Made by a program: the position numbers and the translations under genes
NCBI GenBank assembly: GCA_965645245.1
Contig: OZ287083.1
Location: 248,001-312,000, forward strand
DNA: 64,000 nt
Reading direction: 5' to 3'
Source of the DNA: Massalongia carnosa
Taxonomy: Eukaryota
Shown: positions 1-12,456 of the stretch, one piece after another
Layout of the letters: every line of letters begins with the position of its first letter
How positions within the stretch are numbered: the stretch's first letter is position 1
Notes under the pieces: generated by a model
What the model was told of the DNA's origin: nothing
The model's database searches: none
What the model saw: only the letters and a program-made list of their open reading frames with translations

Positions 1-318
1 CTTCTTGCTTCACGTACTGTCTCTAGCGTGGATGTGACCGTAACGCCATTTTTCAATGCTTGCGTATTTGCCTTCTGGATGGTTGGACCGTCTGCTATAG
101 GGTCTGTGAAGGGGAGGCCAAGTTCAATGAGGTCTAGAGATGATGAGCTCCATTGATTCACGGGTGCCACCTATCCGCTCACCGGCGCCGCCTGCTTCCA
201 TGCCTAGCATTATTCGTACTGTCTCTTCCGCAGTTGGATACCCTGCGGTGACATAAGTGACCAGGGCCGAGCGCTTTTCCTTTTTGCATTGCGCAAAGGC
301 TTGTTTGATTCCCTCCAT
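1..318 (-). CDS. TRP5: Tryptophan synthase (fused alpha/beta), 5' part; continues beyond window start
   Basis: [28 protein letters not shown]..., then a GT-AG intron (182..134), then [20 protein letters not shown], the conserved TrpA N-terminal motif. Confidence 0.95.
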
Positions 319-401
319 GCTGACGGAAAATCAAGATCAGTTGATTTTGACCTAGAGGGAACGAATACTTTGTCTAGATAGCTTCTGTACATCAAAATCG
401 A

Positions 402-409
402 AGAGTCAT
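402..409 (-). promoter_or_regulatory. Putative Gcn4/CpcA cross-pathway control element (ATGACTCT)
   Basis: TGACTC core about 85 bp upstream of the TRP5 ATG, in front of an amino-acid biosynthesis gene. Confidence 0.55.
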
Positions 410-2370
410 ATCTTACCGAGGCTTACCGTACGGTAGTTTATTTGCGTCGATTATTCAAGACTAGTTGGTCACTCGTTAGAGCTTCTTTCTTTTCCTACCG
501 TGGATTACATAATGAAATATTATACGGTTACCTAAAGAGCATCAAAGCTTGCCTCAGACGTGCTGTGGCTCAGCCTTCGCCTTTATTAACCTTTTCCGGT
601 TAACTCGGCGCTAGCTTACTTAGCCTACAAGTCTAACTTTTTATAGTTAAGCTTTGCTTACTAAGTTCGCTGCTGCCGCCCGAAGCATGTGTAGTAAGCT
701 AAACAGAGTCTTAACCCAAAACAATTAAGCTATTCACTAAACTAGCTTAGCTTTAGACTAATAATATACTAATCTGGATAGGTTTGGTTGTGGCGAGGGC
801 AAGGTAGGTCTGAGGTACTGAGGCAAATCAAAGCAGGCATCAAGATTTAATATTCCAAGAGCAACTAATCGATGGACAACTACATTGCTCCGCTATACAG
901 CTATCTCTCCGAACTTTCGTAGCCTAACGGCTAGAAAGTTAATAACTATAGAGACGGAGTCCTCACTGCTTCTGTCCTGGTGGCACTACATGACCCAAAC
1001 AACTCCTTGACGAGTCTGAAATTGAAGACTGGCGTGATAGTTCGAAGTATCTACAGTATATTTGCCTAGAATATAAACGGCTGAAAACATCTACAGATTC
1101 CATTTCCTTGCTTATGAATTGGAAGCTAGCCAGGCGTATGGGCCTGAATCGCGATGAACTGCAGGAGCAGACCCTGCTCTGGACTGATCTTACTAACCTA
1201 GAATTAACAGCCATTACAGGCCCATTGTGGCTTAAGTTAAGGCACTGAGCCCTCCTGAAGGACTGCCAGAAGATTCAGCGAATTACACTACTACTACTTT
1301 ATTCCAATTATACAAATCAAATATCAGGCTACCTGCAAACCTCGCCGTCAGAGCATAAACTGTCAGTCTAAAGTACAAATTATTTTTCGTGTTCCCTATA
1401 CTGATATCTCGAATATCGTTGTTGTGCTCCATTAGTACTATATCCAATCTATTCAAAGTCTTTTAACGAAAGGTTTACTGAGAAAACTCTTGATTACGCC
1501 GCTCAAGCCGTAGTGGAAAGTAGTTGTATTCGAGGTCTCATTTTTATAATCTATTTCTACCGGAGCTTCTTTTGCGCCGATTACAGTACTCCCAGATCCA
1601 GGAAACATATCCGCATCTTATCCTCTTTGGATGAATTCGCCGTTCGGCGGTTTGCAATTTTAATCAGTTCGCTCTCCGGCCACTGGATTTTTATCAGAAG
1701 TACGTACCTACGGAGCTTTAAGCCGAATCGATGAAACAAGATTGGATGGTTCTTTTCATTTTACGCTCACCTAAGAAATGACTAGACATAAGTCTAAGAT
1801 ATTCTTAAATTTCTCATAATATTTCAATCTTCACTCCGTCCTCTTTGATTGATGTCAGTTTCTTGCCTCATTGCCAAATGGAGAGCAGTTCTAGGCATGC
1901 ATCAAATTTTGCCATATGTATTATACAACCACAAACACATGTTTAGTTGGTTTCTACCATTGCCAGCAGGTTCATAAACTACGGTCTAGGCAGTCTCCCC
2001 GTTTCTGTTCCCTGCTTCATATACTCTACCCCTTAATAAGTTGAAATAATCTGCTGCCTTCTTCTCTCTAACCTTTCCTCCCTTACAGGCCCTTTTTAGC
2101 CCAGTCCTAGATCTGTATCTAAGGTGATTATCTAGTATCAATCAGGATAGTGGAACATCTTGATTCATTACAGCGCCTTGCTCGATTTTTTCGAGGGACA
2201 TCATCTAACGTCAATCAAACGCGCTATATGCTTTTATTATCCAATATTAGTGCTTTCACTTTTACTTCTATTGAGACTCGCCTTATCTCGCTGAAATATC
2301 CGCTATCCTGGCTTCTGCAACTGATACATCGTCCATTTCAGAGTTCCTCGAACCTACTTCCACCTCTGAA

Positions 2371-4173
2371 GTGCGGCCCGCATCTCTGAAAGCACTATTT
2401 TCCAAGTACGAATTCCGACCAGCCGCTCGAGAAAGAACAAAGCCCGCTTGGCGTACCTGGCTAGATCAGGACAATAGTGGAGACTATAATCCCAGCTGTC
2501 ATCAGCCACAGCAAGCTTCGCCCACGAAAAAGAAAAGGCCATGGCCAGACCCTTCTGAAGACAACCCACATACCCTATATGTCAAAAAACCCAAGATCAG
2601 CACTTGGCAGTTTGGAAGATACACCGGACTGAGTTTCCCTGTGACATTCAAACTCATATCATCTCTTGGTCGAGCACACTTGGAAGCCCTTGGATCGTCG
2701 ACAGATAACTGGCCAGAGTGTTTGCCGGAGGGTACTGGCAAAGAGCAAGATAATTTTTGGTCCGCCTCCGCAGAGTCATCGATTTTGGATCAGTCTTCGA
2801 ATCCGCCCCCACCTTATAGGTTTCGCAATCGCTGGGTATGTTCTTCTGAGGAGGATATTGAGCTTAGAATAGATGAAGTCACACTCGGCCACCCAGCAGC
2901 TCATGGCTGCAAGGCTTGCTTTGAACTTCGGATTCCATGCGGTTTACTTTACGAAGGGTCCAAATACCCCTGCAGGGCTTGCGTAGAAGACTCCACCGAA
3001 TGTGAATTGATCATCCAGCCAAGCAAAAAACGAGCTTGCGAGCACTGTAGGCGGCGGAGGATCGTATGTTCTTATCGGGAAGGGGGTGATCATAGCCTTC
3101 CATGCACTCAATGTGCAGGTTCTGACCTAAATTGCATTGCTGGACCGCAAAGCGGTAGAACAAGAGTTGGCCCTTCCTTAGACCAGGATCCATTAAATAT
3201 AAAAAAGATTCTAACACTACCTCGACGTACTTTTGTCAGCTGTACAGAATGCCAGCGTGCGAACAAGTGGTGTTCTTTCAAGAAAGAGCGACAAGAGCCA
3301 TGCAAGCAGTGCAGCGAAAGCGGTACTGCTTGCACCTTTGAGCCTCTTGGGGGCGGTGCTGCAACTGAGAAGCCACGTAATACGAAGGATTGTAAACTGC
3401 GAGAATCAAGCCATGAGCAGGTTCCCCCAAATGCTGAAGAACTACCGAAGCCAACGGCGCCAAAGCTTCCCACAAGTGCGATATCAAACCAGGCCATCGG
3501 CGGAACTCAGTTCATCATGACTCGGCTCGCACATCCTATCACCTTCAACTATGAGAGCCTAGATGAGAACGAGACACTCGTCTGCCATTGGTGCGATGAT
3601 ATCGTCTACGGGTTGCTCGGCATTGGAGAAGTCCGAGTTAAAGTTGTGGACTATCAAGATGGAAATGGATACACGGAAGTTCAAGACGGTCATACGGCCG
3701 AAGGCCACCTTCCTAGCCGCATGTGCGCCTCTTGTACGTTGGATCGATTGATGATAGTTGCGTGTAAGCCCCATGAAATGCAACCTTTGCTCATTATGGA
3801 TCCTGAAAAGTTCGATTGCTTGACCCTTGGGGAGTATATCATGCCGGAGATGGCGTCATCTGCCCCTTTTGAGTGGTGCTCTATCTGCCCTTCCCCAGCG
3901 TTTTATGCCTGTTGCAGGAAGGTAAACTTAGACGACGGTGGAGATGGAGACGAAAGCCCCTTTCTCGGCGACGTGAATGGGTGCGGGTTGCGGCTGTGCG
4001 TAAGCTGCACGGTGGGTTTGGTCGGCGAACACGAGGGGGTGCTAGAGGGGCTAATTGATCAATTGAGGCTTGAGGAGGGGGATGCGGGATTTGGGCTTCG
4101 CGCGGACGTAGACTTTTTGCACCCTCATGGAGAATTGTTGCGAAGGGCGGCCGTTGAGGAGGGGGAGGTGTAA
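2371..4173 (+). CDS. Protein with three tandem Zn(2)Cys(6)-like clusters and a Cys-rich C-terminal region; true start probably in an upstream exon
   Basis: 600-codon ORF with CKACFELRIPC..CRAC..C, CEHCRRRRIVC..CTQC..C and CTECQRANKWC..CKQC..C. There is no ATG near the 5' end (the track uses a GTG start). Confidence 0.75.
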   Translation: MRPASLKALFSKYEFRPAARERTKPAWRTWLDQDNSGDYNPSCHQPQQASPTKKKRPWPDPSEDNPHTLYVKKPKISTWQFGRYTGLSFPVTFKLISSLGRAHLEALGSSTDNWPECLPEGTGKEQDNFWSASAESSILDQSSNPPPPYRFRNRWVCSSEEDIELRIDEVTLGHPAAHGCKACFELRIPCGLLYEGSKYPCRACVEDSTECELIIQPSKKRACEHCRRRRIVCSYREGGDHSLPCTQCAGSDLNCIAGPQSGRTRVGPSLDQDPLNIKKILTLPRRTFVSCTECQRANKWCSFKKERQEPCKQCSESGTACTFEPLGGGAATEKPRNTKDCKLRESSHEQVPPNAEELPKPTAPKLPTSAISNQAIGGTQFIMTRLAHPITFNYESLDENETLVCHWCDDIVYGLLGIGEVRVKVVDYQDGNGYTEVQDGHTAEGHLPSRMCASCTLDRLMIVACKPHEMQPLLIMDPEKFDCLTLGEYIMPEMASSAPFEWCSICPSPAFYACCRKVNLDDGGDGDESPFLGDVNGCGLRLCVSCTVGLVGEHEGVLEGLIDQLRLEEGDAGFGLRADVDFLHPHGELLRRAAVEEGEV

Positions 4174-4174
4174 G

Positions 4175-5490
4175 ACTATTATGGTAGGTCGTTAGTGTCC
4201 GGATAGGCGAATTTAAACGAATTTCATAGCAGTATGAATTATCTATTGTTGCTGTTACAAAATCAACGTTTCAGTAAAATGATGCGATTATTTGTTTACA
4301 TATAACTAATATTTAGTATAACCTCCATTTGCATTCAGGACTGCTTGCACTCGACGAGGCATTGACCGCATTAAACTTTCCAAAAACGCCTCCGTTATGT
4401 AGTCCCATGCCTCCAAGACAGCATCAACAATGCCTCTTGAATTTTTGGGGCACTTGCTGACAGAATGCGTAATTCGGGGTGTCTTCTAAAGACTATGTTC
4501 TTCACTTTCTTCCATACCATCTCGATGGGGTTCAAATCGGGGGAGTAGGCCGGCCAATCCATGACCGTGTACCCCTTTTCTTTGAACCAGTCCATTGTCT
4601 CTCGAATTTTGTGTGTTTTAGCTCCATCTTGCATGAAAACAATCCCCGAATCGTCATCGAGCATGGTAGGAAGATGTTCTTTATAAGCATCGAGTATAAT
4701 CAACCCTGTGATACCTTTCTTTCCCGTACGATCTGGATCGGGCTCCAACGAGGTCAAACCACCCCGTCGATTGCCTGCAAAGCAGCCCCAGAACATCTTT
4801 GTGACTCTCGATCCATTGTTGACTGGTTCGAAGCATTCTTGATCCCATTTCTCATTTGGAAGTCGAAAAACCCACACGTTCTCACTCCCATCCTGTTTGC
4901 AAACTGACATCTCATCAGACTAACACACTTGAGCCCACTCATCCTCCGAAACATCCTCATATTGACGTGCCCAGCCCAGCCGATCAGCAATATGAGCTTC
5001 CGTTAACATCGTACGATTAGCTGCGCGCCATTTGCGAACGTTTTGATCTCGAAGACGTCGTTTCATGGTGGTTCGAGAAACATCGGGCATAATGTTAGCT
5101 TGCAACTCCCCCAGAGGCTGTCGACGACCCTTTGACCCCGATTTAATCGCTGCTCGTATCAAATGACGATCTTCTCGTGCTGTGGTTATTTTGGGCCGAC
5201 CAGATCGTACTTCCGATTTGTGGTCGTCGCGTGTTGTAGCCTTCTTCAAAGTGTCTCCTATGGTGGAACGACCCCATTGCGGAAACTTTTCGTGTATAGT
5301 ACTAACGGAGGCGCCGGCGAGGCCCATACCGTACATTTCAGCTCTGATTATGACGGGCACTTCTTTGCGCGTAGTTTTGGGCTGTTTAGAGCTACTTGGT
5401 GGTGGCATGATGGATTGAAAGGTGGTTGTTTACTTTTCAAAACTAAAAAAATTCTCGCCTATCCAGACACTTCTGACCCCGCATAATAGT
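4175..5490 (-). mobile_element. Tc1/mariner (impala-like, DD34E) DNA transposon, about 1.3 kb, non-autonomous
   Basis: Imperfect TIRs at 4175-4210 and 5455-5490 (29/36 identical, with shared actattatg and ggataggcga blocks) enclose a transposase. The exact ends and TA duplication are ambiguous by a few bp. Confidence 0.9.
4306..5408 (-). pseudogene. Tc1-family transposase pseudogene
   Basis: HTH/GRP N-terminus; SDE, QDGA and WPAYSPDLNPIE with D34E spacing. In-frame TAG at 4922-4920 and a frameshift near 4432 before the canonical SMPRRVQAVLNANGGYTKY* end. Confidence 0.92.
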
Positions 5491-6515
5491 AGAGAGATAC
5501 TATGAGTTCATAGGCTACATGAGAAGCTTCGTCGGTGGTTTGTTCATTCTAGACTCTCCCGAGCCTGATTGTTTCTATTCCGCGGACAACGGTTTCTTGC
5601 AACTGTCTGTTCCAATTCTTTCCGTTTCCCCTAACCCCTGGGTAATTTAACGATCCCAATTATCCGTCTACCCGCTCTCCTAACTCCTGTCCTACGCCCT
5701 TTTGCAACTCTTAAAGTTTGGCCTGCCAAACATGTACTTATCTTCCACGCCAGGTAAAGTGTCCCTTTTTTCCAGATCACCAATCATTCCAGCAAGGTTG
5801 ACCGATTGCAATAAAAAGGGGGAAGGAAAGGGGGGGGGTTCTCTTCGATGAAAGAAAATCCTCATTTTCCAAGAGTGGCATGATGCTAGAACTCTTTCCT
5901 CAATGATAGGTAAATACGAGTATCACCTTGCACTAAATCTTCGTAATTACGAAAGAAGGGGGGAAGGTGTTGAAATATGGATATACATACATGCATACAT
6001 ACTTACCCGTCGTACATAGTTATCCCCTTTTCTCTCACTCTCGAGAAGGAGGTAACTAAATATGTATATGGTATGCATGTATCTACGGAGTGTGAACGTA
6101 GACAGACGGGACAGCGATACTAGACTAAACTAAACTAGACAGAGGCTTGCTGCCGTAGATAGATCTTTAGATATATAAATTCATGCGTATAGTATGTCCA
6201 TTATATCTATTCATCACTTGTTTCCAAAACCCCCATTTTTCAATTCCTCGATCATCTTCCTCGATGTCACTGTTCTACTACTGTCGTCGTGGATTGGTGT
6301 CATCGACGCAAAGTTTTACTGTCGAGGCGACTAGTTAGATGTGACTGCTGTGTCAGCTGGTTTCTGCATTCAGCTTCGGTTGCCCGTTTTAAATATATTC
6401 AATCAACTTATCGATACTTCTGTTGGTCGTTATGTAACTAGTCAAAATTACAAGCAGACTCTTTTTTTTTTGGCTTCGTTTGTAATCCACACAATATTCC
6501 GAACAATTTCAAGAC

Positions 6516-8287
6516 ATGGATCCATCGGGCTCGGCCACATATGGCCAAACTCAACATGATATGGACGACCCTGATGCGAAGGGTCTAGGGTTCACAGCGG
6601 CCTTCCACGATCCATCCCCAGAGTCTCTAAGAGCGCCTACAGGAGAAGATACGGTCCCCGCCGGCAAGGGGCCAGACTGCGGACTACAGCCATCAAAGGC
6701 TGGCGTTCGCGAACAAAAGGCCAAGGAATTGATAGGAAAGACCAAGGAACAAAGGGGTTGGAGAAAGATTGTCAGTAATTTTACTCCATCGTAAGCTCAC
6801 ATATTAATTAGCACATCTCCCGGCACACACTATGGGCATGAAAACTGCCCTTCATCGTTCATTTTGTTTACATAGAATATGCGGCCCATGAAAATCATTG
6901 GCTGAATTTCAATACTCTTAGATGGTTCTCCGTCATAATGGGGACCGGTGTTGTATCGATACTCCTCCACAATCTGCCTTATAACGGAATATGGCTTTAC
7001 TGGATATCTGTCATTATATTTGCCTTTAATGTGTTCTTGTTCTGCCTTTTTCTACTTATATCGATCCTGCGTTATTCGATCCATCCGGAGATCTGGTTCG
7101 CCATGATTCGCCATCCAACACAATCGCTCTTTCTTGGTACCTTTCCAATGGGGCTCGCGACGATCATCAATATGTTTGTTTTCGTTTGCGTCCCAGCATG
7201 GGGTGGATGGGCTATCGATCTTGTAAGTGCAGTATCGTCAGCGGAAATGCAAGTCAGGATCTTAACAGAACTAGGCTTGGGCGTTGTGGTGGATTGACGC
7301 TGTGGTAGCCGTCTTTACCTGTTTCTATCTCCCTTTTGTAATGTAACTCGCTAGCTCTATGGACCTTCCCATCCCCCCTTTTCACAACAGAAAAGATCAG
7401 GTGGCTTATCAATTCTATTTTAGTATGTGCTTTCACAAAACCGAGCTCTCCTCCATGACAGCGGCATGGCTGTTGCCAATCGTTGCAACAATCGTCGCAG
7501 CAGCTTCCGGAGGTATTGTCGCTGAGGTCTTGCCTAACCCTCATCACGCCCTGTGGACCATTATCTTGTCTTATATCCTCTGGGGCACCGGTGTTCCTCT
7601 CGCTATGGCTGTTTTAGTAATCTATTTCCAGCGCCTTACCGTCCACAAGCTACCTCCACGCGAGGTTATCGTTTCGGTGTTCCTGCCGCTGGGTCCTTTG
7701 GGCCAGGGCGGCTTTGGAATCATGCAGCTAGGAAAAGTGGCTTTTCATATCTTTCCAGAAACCCATACACTTGACCTCGCTGGTGGCAACGCCGGAGAAA
7801 TCCTGTATGTCATGGGATGGTTGATAGCGCTCATCATGTGGGGCTTTGGCATCGTCTGGCTTTTCTTTGCGCTTGCCAGCATCAGCCGCAGCAAGTTTCC
7901 GTTCAATATGGGGTGGTGGGGCTTTACCTTCCCACTTGGTGTATTCACAATTTCGACGACGACGCTCGGGAAAGAAATCCCATCGATGTTCTTCGATGTG
8001 CTTGGGACGGTACGTGTTCCGTTCCGTTCCTTCTTTGGCCAGCAATCGCTGGCTGCGTGCGGCGACGGCGAGTACGATAAGATCTTGATTGTGCCATCAA
8101 CTAACAATAATGCCCCGAGCATGCTTAGATCTTCTCCGTCTGCGTGACACTGCTCTGGATCATCGTCGCTTGCGGCACCGTACGCAAGCTCGCTACGGGA
8201 AATCTTCTTTTCGCTCCCTGTTTAAAAGATCTTGAAGGCATCCTGCAAGCGCAAGCGGCCAAGCATTTTGGAGAAAAGGCTGTATGA
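6516..8287 (+). CDS. SSU1: TDT/SLAC1-family transporter (sulfite efflux pump SSU1 / malic acid transporter-like), 5 exons
   Basis: Motifs NFTPSWFSVIMGTG, FLGTFPMGLATI, MTAAWLLPIV, FLPLGPLGQG and FNMGWWGFTFPLG. Introns about 6791-6921, 7223-7274, 7343-7423 and 8010-8128; stop TGA at 8285-8287. Confidence 0.88.
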
Positions 8288-9156
8288 AGGAGGTATTAAT
8301 TGGGCTATGTCTAACCACATTTCTCTTGAATAATATCTGCCAAATTAATGATCGGTGAATATGTGCTCCGTATACTCAAGAAAACACTAAGACCCCTCTT
8401 GAGTATTTATACGTTATTATGTAGATTAGGTACTTCTGTATTTATGTGTTAACTAATTAGTTATCGATTGTATTCGTACGTACTTTGTACGGTTGCTCGC
8501 ATAACGGCCATTTTTTAAGATGTCCGTTTTCTCGTCGTCGAGTCAGGAATTCTCGTTGAACGTTTTTAATGTACGAGAACGCTTGTGAATGAATATAACT
8601 ACGATAAGTGAGTAAAATGTCCCGTTTGTTCTCATTCTCATTCTCATCCTTTCTTCTTCTTCTTTTCTTCCCCCCTCCTGTTCTATCCTGTCTCATCTCT
8701 CTTCGTTTCCTTTTTTTTTTTTAAAAATTCTTTCCCTCCTCCCTTACTCAAAAGAAATCTCTGGCCTAAATGTTTCTCGTTTTCGGATTCCGATGTGTTT
8801 CGAGAAAGAATGGAGCAAGAAAGAATATAGGAAAAGAATGAAGAGAATAAAAGAATCAACCAACCAACAAACAAGACTTGAATTCCGTCTCACTCTCCCC
8901 GTTTCTAAAGCCTGGATGTCAATCCCTAAATTTGAGTTTCGAGTTTTTTTGTGTAGGAAGAAAAAGAAGGAGAATCAGAGGAGAATGACAAAGTATGCAA
9001 AGACCGAGAAACCGGGGGGATGAGTCAGAAAAGAGAGAAAGCGGGAAAACGAGGAAAAAAGAAAAGGGCGGGAAAGACATAAGAGGGGAAAATATAAGAA
9101 AAAAGGGTGGGAGCGCAAAGTTTGGGGGAACAGCTCCCACATCGTGAGAGATATAT

Positions 9157-9205
9157 GTAGGTAAGTAGGTAGGTAGGTAAGTAGGTAGCCAAGTAGGTAG
9201 CCAAG
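9157..9205. repeat. Degenerate (TAGG/TAAG)n microsatellite
   Basis: gtaggtaagtaggtaggtaggtaagtaggtagccaagtaggtagccaag. Confidence 0.7.
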
Positions 9206-9400
9206 TACAATCTCGCGGAAACGCGACGAAAGAATCGAGGAAAATCAACGCAATCAATGCATGTTCTCATAGTGAGCAAATACACCCCCCAAAATCATCC
9301 GGGTCCCGTTTCCCCCGGATCCAACCCTAACGCTATTTTGCCAGCTCCGTCCTTGAACACCGTACCTGCAACCATCGCCACCCCAATCTCCCATCAACCA

Positions 9401-11624
9401 TCAAGACATCCCCCCGTCCTCCCCCACCATCCCCATCAACCCTCCCGCCAACCCCTTCATCCGCCTTCCCAGCAAATCATCCTCGCTCGCCAAGCTGACC
9501 AAACTCCTCTGCCTTCCCTCCTCGCCCCTCGCTCTCACAGAGCTCTTCCCGCCCCTGGCGCGACTGGCGCGCCTCTGCCGTACGGTCGCGCCGCCGCTGT
9601 TGCCATCATCCTTCGTGATCGAAGAACTCATCTCTAGCGGCCTGTCCTCGTCGCCGGAACTCTCGGTCGGCACACGGTGATGATGACGACTGCTGCCGGA
9701 AGAGCGGGAGAGAAAAGAGGAGCTCCTTCTACTCGAGGAAGACGGGTCGGCTTCGAGAATCTCTTCCATCCAGCGAGCGCAGCGGAAGATGTGCGCCCAG
9801 CCCTCAGGGAACACGGAGACAAACTGCAGAAATCCATGGGAGATGCCAGGGATGAGCACCACCTGCACATGGTCCTTTTCGTCGAATTCGTCTTTACTCT
9901 TCAGTAAGCCCAGCTCTTTGCGCTGCACGAAGAGATTGTATTTCGCTTGGCGAAGGCGGCCAGCAAAGATGACGGTATCATCCACCAGAGGATCGCGCTC
10001 GCCGGTGAGGAAATAGGTTTTGGGGAATTTGGCGAGAAGTGCTTCTGGAGCCAGGAGAGGCGAAAGCAAGAAGTCAGTGCTAAAATCCGGGCGGATGTGA
10101 GGACCGATGTAAAGGATGATCATTGCGCGCATCATTTCGGGGGTAAGGATGCGATCGTTAAAGTAGGAGATCATCGACGACATCGCAAGCCGGGTTTTGA
10201 GGGTTTTGGGTTTGGAAGAGGTCACGCTAGCGGCTTGACGCGCGACTATCGAGGGAGACAGCAGTTGTGGCTCGATCGACAATGTGGGCTTGACGTTGAG
10301 CGGTCGTTCCAAGTTGGTGGAAGATTCGGACACGGGGGGAAAGAAGCTTTTGACATCGTCATCCGATGGATGGGGTGTTTCGGGCGTCAGCTTGTAGTAA
10401 TCCTCGCTCTTCCTTCGCAGGATGTTTTTGTTGGTTTTCCGCATCCTGGAGTCCTGTATCAGAGCCATTTGATCATCCGACATCCAATTCCCAATGTTCA
10501 TGTCCAGGCTTGGATAGATGAGAATCAGTCCTTCGGGGATTGGCAGATTCTCTTGGCCTTGCCATGATTGGTAGTCGTCCATCGCGGACTGCAGAATCAT
10601 AAGCACGACACCTGTAGCGAAGTTCCCGCCCGCGCTATCTCCGGTGAGTATGATACGAGGTGGTGACGATCCACCCAAGCCAACACAGCGGCCCATCGTA
10701 GCCACTATGGTATGATATACGTCGTAGCACTCGTTCAGCGCGTAAGGATAAGGGTATTCCGGTGCTTTGCGGTAGTCCAAGCTGAGCACAGGAATTCCCA
10801 ACTTCCCCGCCCACGCCAGAAGCTTGTCATCATGATGTCTCGGATTCATCGCCACATATCCCCCTCCGGGGAAATCCAAGACAAGCTTCGTATGGCGCGT
10901 CAACGCCGACAACGGCCCGTCGAAATACAGCCAGGCGTTGATTGGATCCTTGTAGGATGATTCCGCCGGCCGTGGGATACGGATCGCTCGAGGTGGATAA
11001 CGGGTCAGTTTCGGTCGTAGGACCCGCGTGATGAAGGACAGGTATGGCGTTGTGGATTTGTGCCACGACACACGAAGATGCTCTACCGTGAGCAATCCTC
11101 GGACTTTTCGAACCTTTTCGTCGGCCTGCTCGGCGGCAATCAGGTAGTATATTGAAAACACCATGGACGCCAGATCTCTTAACCACTTCCTCCTTATCTT
11201 CATCGCCGTCCAAAAGCCGGCATCCAAGGCCGTCGTCACCCATGTTGCTCGAAAATATGACCTGTTGTACAAGTTGGCAAGAGGCTCGGGAGATTCCAAG
11301 CCAAGGATTTTAGCAAAATTGCGCGAGATGTACAGCCAGAGGAGCGTGATGACCATTGTCTGCCAAGCCGTAAGCCGTTTCGACAGGCGTTTGGAGAGTT
11401 TTCGTAAAAAAGGAGGGCCATGATTATCGCCTCTGCAGCCGGTCAGTGGCGAATCTCTGGCATCGTCAACCCTTAGCTTGCCTCAACAAATACAACAACC
11501 AAAACGAGACCACTCCAAAGACTTGAATCTTCCGGAATTGAACCGACGGCCTCCCCAAGACATGATCTAGCGGTTCGTCAGCCAAAGACCGCAGACTCAT
11601 CTCGTTGGTATCAATACCTATCAT
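9401..11624 (-). CDS. Hormone-sensitive-lipase-like alpha/beta hydrolase (abhydrolase_3), 3 exons
   Basis: PGGGY oxyanion motif, GDSAGG nucleophile, GERDPLVDD and SHGF. Spliced N-terminus MIDHVLGRPSVQFRKIQV; the second intron is GC-AG (11481..11433). Confidence 0.9.
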
Positions 11625-12456
11625 GTTGTCTTCAGCAATTTGTTCGAGGCGATGGACACGTCCCTACGATGAGTTCTTAAGTGTCGAGGCCCTGGTATAC
11701 GGTGGCGTCAGTTCCCACGATAGCGGAGAAAGGCCTGTCGAGGAAGATCTTTTAGACGTGGGGCAGTGAGTCCTTTCTCCACCATCTCAGGGTTCCCAAA
11801 TACGCTCCGACCTCGACGCCTCTGGTTGGCTGCTTCGGCTTCAAGATTGACGAAAGCGGTCGTGATACGCGCGAGGGCAGGAACAATTAACCGTGATCCA
11901 GTATCGCCTTCAGAAGTATACATGGCATTCTCATCGAGTGGATGAAAACGGAGAGGAATGTGGAAAGTAGCGGGCTAGAGTCGAGTCAGGTGTATTGTAT
12001 GTATCTGTGTGTACATAATCTTACAGTGGTACCGTTCAGCGGGACTAGCGGGTGGAATGGATGGCACGAGGACTCGAGGAGTGAAAGACTGACTTCATGA
12101 TTCCATCCGCGAATAGGTACCTTGTACGTGCCCGACTGCCGAGGAGGATCCGGGTAACGAAGACAACTCAGGTCCCGTGACTCTCGTGAATACCTTCCAT
12201 CTGTACGCTACGGAGCTACAGAGCACAGGAGCACCGAGTACATAGACACCCAACCTGCAAAAAAGTACCGAGTACATACATGAGAGGCAGCACCACCCCG
12301 TCAAAACATACAACGAGGTAGTGAAGCGTGGAGGAACACCCTCTCTTCACCTGTAGGGTATCCTATCCAACCAAACGGCACGGACTGCCGTCCTGTTCCA
12401 CTCCAACCGCGAGTGAACAACAGTGCCGCAGGCTAAGTCCCTTGGGGTGCAAAACA

